Of a DNA stretch of 64,000 nt, positions 55,329-61,375 are shown in pieces. The notes under the pieces are model-generated. The model ran no database searches. It was given only the letters and a program-made list of their open reading frames with translations, and was not told the DNA's origin. Positions within the stretch are counted from its first letter, which is position 1, and each line of letters opens with the position of its first letter. Source of the stretch: Patescibacteria group bacterium. Lineage in GTDB: Bacteria > Patescibacteriota > Minisyncoccia > Phycocordibacterales > SIBU01. The stretch is taken from NCBI GenBank assembly GCA_040390045.1, contig JAZJZC010000003.1:115-64114 (forward strand), read 5' to 3'. A program made the translations under genes and the position numbers.

Positions 55329-55465
55329 CACTTCTAATGCAGCCATCATTCTAATATTCTTGTCCGTATCAAATGTAACCAATTATTTTAAAGGTACATT
55401 TGGGCGGGTTAAATTACGAGATTGATGCCGGTCACAAGCCCGAATAAATTGCAGAGTGGGATGTG
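55329..55465 (+). ncRNA. Twister self-cleaving ribozyme (type P1) with extended P3
   Basis: P1 CACUUC/GAUGUG; UAA; P2 UGCA/UGCA; GC; P3 CAUCA/UGAUG; P4 CGG-UCACAAGC-CCG; T1 UCAC/GUGG after GA; predicted cut between U55335 and A55336. Confidence 0.85.
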
Positions 55466-55509
55466 TACCCCAAGGGGTTCACGAAGCGTGTGTTTCTCTC
55501 TTCGCACAC

Positions 55510-55551
55510 AAAACAAAACCGCCCCGATGTAGATCGGGGCGGTTTTGTTTT
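55510..55551. terminator. Bidirectional terminator between the island and ruvB
   Basis: AAAACAAAACCGCCCCGAT-GTAG-ATCGGGGCGGTTTTGTTTT. Confidence 0.85.
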
Positions 55552-56629
55552 ACAAAAGTTTTTCCTGAGCCGAAGATTTATTTTTAATTTTAAGGTGTCC
55601 GTAAGCTTTCGCTGTGGCAGTCCGGCCGCGTGGAGTTCGCTCGATAAGGCCGAGCTGAAGCAGGTAGGGTTCGTTGACTTCCTCGATAGTGGCTTGTTCT
55701 TCGGAGAGCGCGGCGGCGAGGGTATTAAGTCCCACTGGTCCACCATCAAATTTTTCGATAAGGGTATTTAAAAGAGAGCGATCAGAATGCCCGAGACCGA
55801 GTTCGTCAATGCCGAGAAGGGCCAGTGCTTTGTCCACAATGTCTTTAGATAATTTTCCTTTATTCACTTGCGCAAAATCTCTCGCCCGCTTCAAAAGATA
55901 GTTGGCGGTTCGCGGCGTGAAGCGGCTGCGTTTGGCAATTTCTGCTCCAGCCAATTTTTCTACCTCAACTCCTAAAATTTTGGCAGACCGGCGCACGATT
56001 TCTTCGATCTCTTCGTTTGAATAAAATTCCAAACGGAAAACGCCACCACCAAAGCGTGAACGTAATGGTGAAGAGAGAAGTGCGATGCGTGTAGTTGCGG
56101 CAATGAGGGTAAACGGCGGTAGTTCAAGCTGAATGGTTCGAGCTGAAGGACCTTTGCCGATAATAATGTCGAGCTGACCCGACTCCATGGCAGGGTAGAG
56201 GACTTCTTCGATAGCTTTATTGAGTCGATGAATTTCATCGATGAACAAAATGTCGCCTGGAGCGAGGTTGGTGAGTACCGAGGCAAGATCGCCCACCTTT
56301 TCAATGGCAGGTCCCGAAGTAATTTTGATTTGAGCACCGATTTCTTTAGCGATTAGGTGAGCGAGGGTGGTTTTTCCGAGCCCCGGGGGTCCATAAAAGA
56401 GCAAATGTTCCGGCGGATGCTTCCGTTCGGCGGCAGCAGTGAGCAAAATCCTCAAGTTTTCCTTGATATTTTTTTGCCCAATGTAATCTTCCCACAAACT
56501 CGGTCTTAGAGCCTGATCAAGAAAGATTTCTTCTTCCACTAAAACTTCCTTTTTACCCTTATTGTTAGGGCTATTTTCCTCTTCCTGCGAGCCAGGTTGT
56601 GTAAGTTTATTTACGGAACTTCTTGACAT
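55550..56629 (-). CDS. ruvB: Holliday junction branch migration helicase RuvB
   Basis: LRP...[38 protein letters not shown]...RTPRGR. Confidence 0.98.
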   Translation of the reverse strand: MSRSSVNKLTQPGSQEEENSPNNKGKKEVLVEEEIFLDQALRPSLWEDYIGQKNIKENLRILLTAAAERKHPPEHLLFYGPPGLGKTTLAHLIAKEIGAQIKITSGPAIEKVGDLASVLTNLAPGDILFIDEIHRLNKAIEEVLYPAMESGQLDIIIGKGPSARTIQLELPPFTLIAATTRIALLSSPLRSRFGGGVFRLEFYSNEEIEEIVRRSAKILGVEVEKLAGAEIAKRSRFTPRTANYLLKRARDFAQVNKGKLSKDIVDKALALLGIDELGLGHSDRSLLNTLIEKFDGGPVGLNTLAAALSEEQATIEEVNEPYLLQLGLIERTPRGRTATAKAYGHLKIKNKSSAQEKLL

Positions 56630-56730
56630 AAAAACGTTTGTGTGCTAAATTCTTGTCAGTTAGTTGATAGAGGTAATGACGTACGCGGCTCCGCGTATTT
56701 TTTGTTGTAAACAAAGGATCGAAATATTTT

Positions 56731-56899
56731 CCTTCCAACGTATAAATCTCTAAGCAATTAGGCCTCCGGGCTTCACTAATATTTTTTTGAGGACGTTCTG
56801 GTTATCACTTCGGTGGTTTGCTGGTGCTATCCTTGGGGATATATTTAACTTTTAGTACGCATATTAAAAGTATTGCTTAGAGATTTATGTTTTGGAAGG
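56731..56899. repeat. 169-bp element with 28-bp imperfect terminal inverted repeats (MITE-like)
   Basis: CCTTCCAACGTATAAATCTCTAAGCAAT / ATTGCTTAGAGATTTATGTTTTGGAAGG. Confidence 0.6.
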
Positions 56900-56901
56900 T
56901 A

Positions 56902-57020
56902 GGACTTATGATTTTGGCGCATTTCTTTGTCGCCAGCTCCGTTTGCTCCTGCAACGTATGAGAATACGTTTTAGTCGCAAGCCTCGCTGCTTCTCGAACT
57001 GCATCCAAAATCCCAAGTCC
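56902..57020. repeat. 119-bp long-hairpin palindromic element
   Basis: GGACTT/AAGTCC, GATTTTGG/CCAAAATC, CAGC/GCTG, GTTTGC/GCAAGC, AACGTAT-GAGA-ATACGTT. Confidence 0.6.
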
Positions 57021-57116
57021 ACATTTCTAGTCCTATAGTACCGCCCGAAAATTCTAAAGGCAATCGTTTTCACACTTTTCAACAGGAAAAAACAAAAAAG
57101 CAAGACCCGTTCAAAG

Positions 57117-57153
57117 AAAGTCCCCCGCAACTTCGGAAGTTGCGGGGGACTTT
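57117..57153. terminator. Perfect 17-bp hairpin, probable pilB terminator
   Basis: AAAGTCCCCCGCAACTT-CGG-AAGTTGCGGGGGACTTT; U-rich run on the minus strand. Confidence 0.7.
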
Positions 57154-57194
57154 CCGTTTTCCTACCCAGAATTTTCTGAAATTCTGGGTATTCC

Positions 57195-57365
57195 AGCGAG
57201 GGTGGTTTTGGAAAATATATTGCGAAAGGCGATATGAAAATCAGGGAGCTGGATAGAAAAACGAAGTTGGCCGCAGGAGCAAGGCGACCTATGAGTTTTT
57301 CGTTATGAGGCGACTATGATTTTCATTTCGTCGAAGCACGTATTTTCCAAAACTACCCGAGCGCC
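57195..57365. repeat. 171-bp palindromic dispersed repeat, copy 2 (inverted relative to copy 1)
   Basis: Reverse complement aligns end to end with 44869-45039. Confidence 0.85.
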
Positions 57366-57368
57366 TTT

Positions 57369-59045
57369 TTACTCTTTTTCTAGGTCCACGACGCGTGCAA
57401 GCTCAGTAATTGAAGTTATTCCCGCCAGTATTTTAATGATCCCATCTTGTTTCATTGTTGGAATTTTTTGAGGCAGGGCAGCTTTTTGGATTTCGCGTTC
57501 CGAAGGACTTTCACGAATGACTGTTTCAATAGCTTCGTCCATCAAAATCGCTTCGTATACACCAACGCGTCCTTTGTAGCCCGTGTGATTACAGATGTCA
57601 CAACTGCCCTCTACCCACATTTTAGTAGTGTTAGTTATTTCACTCTTATCTTCAATTTCCGCGACAACCTTATCAACAAGCTCTTTGTTTTTTCCTTCAA
57701 TCATCACTTCTTTTTTGCAGTCCTTGCATAGAACGCGCACCAGTCGTTGAGCCATTGAAACGTTAATGGCGGAGGCCATGGTTTTGGGATTCACGCCAAG
57801 GTCAATGAGGCGAGGGAAAGTGCCGGCCGCGGTGTTGGTGTGCAAAGTAGAAAACACTAAGTGACCAGTTTCCGCGGCGTTGACCGCAATTTCGGCTGTT
57901 TCGCTGTCTCGAATTTCACCAACCATGATGATGTCGGGGTCTTGTCGGAGTGCGCTGCGCAAACCTTCGAGGAAGGTGTAGCCTTTTTCTGCGTTAGTTT
58001 GAGTTTGGACAATCCCGGGCAAGTGATATTCGATCGGATCTTCAATCGTAATAATTTTAATATCAGGCGTGTGAACTTTTTTGAGAAAGGCATAAAGGGT
58101 CGTGGTTTTTCCGCTTCCTGTCGGACCGGTCGTGAGGATCATACCGTGGGGCTTGCTGATTTCATGTTGCAAAATAGCCAAAAGTTTTGGGTGGATTCCC
58201 AATTGTTCAATTGGAACTGAAATTGATTTTGGATTTAAAATTCTTAACACGATCGATTCGCTATAGGCGCCTGGCAAGAGAGAGGTTCGGATTTCGATAT
58301 CGTCCTCATTTATTTTTACACTAAAACGGCCATCTTGCGCCTCGGCTTTGATGTTCAATTTAATACCCGAAAGCAATTTAATTCGAGAATTGACCAATGC
58401 ATAGGTCGCCTTATCAAATCGTAAGATGTCGTTGAGCACGCCGTCCAAACGGTAGCGAAGGCGAGCGTAATCTTCTTCGGGCTCGATGTGAACATCTGAT
58501 GCTTTGGTGGCGAGCGCACCGGCTAAAATAATTTCAATCATGCGCGAGATGCGATAACTTTTTTTCTCAGCCAAAATTTTTTCAATGAGAGCGCCAATAT
58601 CGCTGATCGAGTGAACGCTTTCCAAAAATTTTCCCATTTCCTCGCTCGACACGTCGAGCGCACCGCCTGTGGATTCGGTTGAATAGGAAAGCTCTTTATA
58701 GTGCGTCCAGGCTTTTTCCAAACCTTCTTTGGTGGTAATAAACAGAACAACTGAAAAGCCGGAGTCGGTGAGAGACTTTGTGACAGATTTTACACCTTCA
58801 GAGTCGAGAGAGGTCGCGGCAAGATGAACTTTCTTGTCGAGAATATTAAAAGCGGCGACATTATTTTCTCTGGCGGTCGCTTCTTTTATTAATTTGAGAG
58901 CGTCAGTATCGATTGGGAAATTCACGAGATTGGCGTATTCAACCCCATGTTGTTCTGCCAATGATCGCGCAAAATCCTCTTCCTCTTTTTTTCGCAATAA
59001 GTCGAGTCTCGCAGTCTGTTTGTCTTCGTCGAAGATGATAGTCAT
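57369..59045 (-). CDS. pilB: Type IV pilus assembly ATPase PilB/GspE
   Basis: ASDVHIEP, QDGRF, TGPTGSGKTTTLY, TIEDPIEY, LRQDPDIIMVGEIRD, TGHLVFSTLHTN, two CxxC motifs. Confidence 0.95.
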   Translation of the reverse strand: MTIIFDEDKQTARLDLLRKKEEEDFARSLAEQHGVEYANLVNFPIDTDALKLIKEATARENNVAAFNILDKKVHLAATSLDSEGVKSVTKSLTDSGFSVVLFITTKEGLEKAWTHYKELSYSTESTGGALDVSSEEMGKFLESVHSISDIGALIEKILAEKKSYRISRMIEIILAGALATKASDVHIEPEEDYARLRYRLDGVLNDILRFDKATYALVNSRIKLLSGIKLNIKAEAQDGRFSVKINEDDIEIRTSLLPGAYSESIVLRILNPKSISVPIEQLGIHPKLLAILQHEISKPHGMILTTGPTGSGKTTTLYAFLKKVHTPDIKIITIEDPIEYHLPGIVQTQTNAEKGYTFLEGLRSALRQDPDIIMVGEIRDSETAEIAVNAAETGHLVFSTLHTNTAAGTFPRLIDLGVNPKTMASAINVSMAQRLVRVLCKDCKKEVMIEGKNKELVDKVVAEIEDKSEITNTTKMWVEGSCDICNHTGYKGRVGVYEAILMDEAIETVIRESPSEREIQKAALPQKIPTMKQDGIIKILAGITSITELARVVDLEKE

Positions 59046-59135
59046 TGCGATATTCTACCACTGTTTGAGAGTAGGGCACAAACGAAAGGTTCAAAACTGG
59101 GCTTTAAATTAAGGTTTTTGAGGAGATTAAAAACC

Positions 59136-59164
59136 TTGACAGAAATGGTAAATAATGCTATTAT
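59136..59164 (+). promoter_or_regulatory. Sigma70 promoter
   Basis: TTGACA-17 nt-TATTAT with extended TG. Confidence 0.7.
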
Positions 59165-59222
59165 TAAAACAGGCATTTTAGATGCTGAAATTCACCACTC
59201 AACTCAGAAATTCTGTCACTCT

Positions 59223-59486
59223 ATGAAAACTAGTCGTTTGTTCTTTGTTGTCGCCATCGCGTTCCTATCAACCTTCCTCACGGGTTGTGTCGTCGCTGTG
59301 CGACCGGGCGTCGTGGTTGATCGGTACTACGATCCAGGCTATGACTACCCCGGTTACCGGGCATATTATCCCGGTGGCGGGTATCGGAGCGCTCCGGTCT
59401 ACGTTCCCCAAACCCAGTGCGCGCCGAGTGGGGGCGTCTCTGCCCCCACCTATACCCCACAAGGGGGCGGCGGGCGACACCACTAA
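59223..59486 (+). CDS. Small Tyr/Pro/Gly-rich lipoprotein
   Basis: Signal peptide with lipobox LTGC; own promoter; terminator at 59508-59539. Confidence 0.7.
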   Translation: MKTSRLFFVVAIAFLSTFLTGCVVAVRPGVVVDRYYDPGYDYPGYRAYYPGGGYRSAPVYVPQTQCAPSGGVSAPTYTPQGGGGRHH

Positions 59487-59507
59487 GAGTGGTGTCAAAA
59501 TTTCACG

Positions 59508-59539
59508 AAGCGATCTGAGTTTACTCGGATCGCTTTTTT
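59508..59539 (+). terminator. Intrinsic terminator
   Basis: AAGCGATCTGAGT-TT-ACTCGGATCGCTTTTTT. Confidence 0.8.
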
Positions 59540-59562
59540 GTTGCTTGTGTTATGATTTTCAA

Positions 59563-60009
59563 ATGGAAATAAGTAGTAAATCTTTAGAAGATACTAAGAA
59601 ATTCGCAAAGGATTTTGTGGAGAAAATTTCCACTCTCGAAAAAACTCGCGGCGGCGCAACCGTTGTTGGTTTGTACGGCAATCTCGGTTCGGGTAAAACC
59701 ACCTTTGTGCAATGTGTGGCGGAAATTTTGGGGGTCAAAGAACATTTGACTAGCCCCACTTTCGTTATTCTTAAAAGCTATAAGCTGACAGCTGAGAGCT
59801 TTAAGCTTCTTCACCACATCGACGCGTATAGACTTAAAGACGGAAGAGACTTGTTGAAGCTCAGATTCGACGAGTTGCTCGCTGATCCCAAAAATTTAAT
59901 CTTAATCGAGTGGGCGGATTTGGTGGCGGACATCTTACCCAACGATGTTATCAAACTGCAGTTTGAATTTGTAGACGAAAAAACTCGAAAGATAGAATCA
60001 GGAATATAG
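59563..60009 (+). CDS. tsaE: tRNA t6A biosynthesis ATPase TsaE
   Basis: LYGNLGSGKTTF, TSPTFVI, HIDAYRL, LIEWAD. Confidence 0.95.
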   Translation: MEISSKSLEDTKKFAKDFVEKISTLEKTRGGATVVGLYGNLGSGKTTFVQCVAEILGVKEHLTSPTFVILKSYKLTAESFKLLHHIDAYRLKDGRDLLKLRFDELLADPKNLILIEWADLVADILPNDVIKLQFEFVDEKTRKIESGI

Positions 60010-60028
60010 TACGAATTCGCGGCTCTCT

Positions 60029-60304
60029 TTAGAGATAGCGGCCAAAAGTTTTCTCAATATGATCAAAGTGAGAGTTGTCGAAGCGATGTTCACCCATGTG
60101 TTCTTCTTTGAGGCGCTCAATACCTTTTTTAAATTCATGCTGGCTGATGCCTTTTCCAAAACCTCCTTCTTCAAGGTCACCACCGAAAGTGCTCCGCACT
60201 TTATTTATTTGATGATCAGAAAAACCCGCACTCTCTTTTAAATCATAGAGAGCTTTGTGGAATTCATGTTGCGAAATTCTATTGCCGTCTGCAAAAAATG
60301 CCAT
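60029..60304 (-). CDS. Small protein with internal repeat (EF-hand-like)
   Basis: ISQHEF-x-K-x-(L/I)-x-x-LKE occurs twice. Confidence 0.65.
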   Translation of the reverse strand: MAFFADGNRISQHEFHKALYDLKESAGFSDHQINKVRSTFGGDLEEGGFGKGISQHEFKKGIERLKEEHMGEHRFDNSHFDHIEKTFGRYL

Positions 60305-60581
60305 ACATTTTTAGTTACTTAATAATTTCTAAAGCTATGTACAATTATAAACCTTTGTAAAATTTTGGTATAGACCTCAATATTGTAACTGAGCCTTTAA
60401 AATAATTTGACATTTAATCCGGGACGTGTAATTTTGAGGTCAGATTACCGAAACGGTTCACGGGGTCTCCTCGTCGCGTCATTGGCGACAAGAGCGCCTT
60501 ACAGGGCCAGATTCTCTGTTGTGGAGAATGCGGTTGAACCTTAAAATCGTTCCAAGTGGAACAAAACCTTACAGGGTTTAT

Positions 60582-61274
60582 ATGAAAATAGAAGAAAAGT
60601 TGTTGCGAAGAATTGTGTCTGAGATTAGCAATCCCACTGTGTTGGGCAGAGTGATACAGATCTGTCTTAGTGACACACCTAACCAAAAACAGAATGTTCG
60701 AAAGGACGAGCAATTTGTTCGTATGCATCAATTGGACAGCTTCTCTAATGTGTGTGCCATTGACGTGGCGCCGGCAGTTGCCTTTTTTGTTTCGCTTAAC
60801 GCGGAAACGGCAACCGAAATTGCTTTGGCCATGCGAGGTGTCCCAAAAGTAGAAGGGGGTCAAGCGCGCTGGACACGATTTGTTGAATTTCAACGCGGTT
60901 TTTTTCTCGGGTTTCTGAGGGGGGTAGCCAGATCGGAAGGATATACCGAGGAAACCCTACGCCAACTTGGTGGTTATTATTCTGACATTGTGGCGCATGA
61001 ATTCTCTGGAGAAGCGGAATCGAGCGCCTATGCCGGGGATCTTTCAAATGCAATTGGGTTAGTTTCAGCCAAGAGTTTTCCTTTTGTCGACCAGTTCATG
61101 AGCGACAGGGCTCAAAGGGATATTTCGGTCAGACCCATTGGCTTAAGAATTTTCGAAGGTTTTCTGCATGCCGAGGTGCATCAACACCAAAGCCTTAGGG
61201 CAAAAATTGATCTATGGCCAAAGCTTTCGTCAGGTAGAGGTACCCTGTTGGTTGGATCAACCAAGCACCCTTAA
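60582..61274 (+). CDS. Hypothetical helical protein, possible His/Glu metal ligands
   Basis: IVAHE and FLHAEVHQH; TTGACA at ~60407 and terminator at 61287-61317. Confidence 0.6.
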   Translation: MKIEEKLLRRIVSEISNPTVLGRVIQICLSDTPNQKQNVRKDEQFVRMHQLDSFSNVCAIDVAPAVAFFVSLNAETATEIALAMRGVPKVEGGQARWTRFVEFQRGFFLGFLRGVARSEGYTEETLRQLGGYYSDIVAHEFSGEAESSAYAGDLSNAIGLVSAKSFPFVDQFMSDRAQRDISVRPIGLRIFEGFLHAEVHQHQSLRAKIDLWPKLSSGRGTLLVGSTKHP

Positions 61275-61286
61275 GTTTATCGAGTC

Positions 61287-61317
61287 GCCGGAGAATATTT
61301 TCTCCGGCTTTTTCTTT
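61287..61317 (+). terminator. Intrinsic terminator
   Basis: GCCGGAGAA-TATT-TTCTCCGGC followed by TTTTTCTTT. Confidence 0.8.
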
Positions 61318-61375
61318 GGGTGGGAAATGCTAGAATGGGTAATAAAGTTAAAATTAAAAGCTAAGAGTTAAAAAT

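Noticed and set aside
55292-55329. Fifth copy of the GGAGAA hairpin module
   Set aside because: GGAGAG lies inside a competing TTTGCAAG/CTTGCAAA hairpin and hairpin 2 is absent.
51240-55330. Integron attC sites between island genes
   Set aside because: No RYYYAAC...GTTRRRY box pairs after the stop codons and no integrase; G-U pairs favour top-strand RNA folding.
56906-57130. 74-aa ORF as a ruvA remnant
   Set aside because: No RuvA motifs; it reads through palindromic repeats and is probably spurious.
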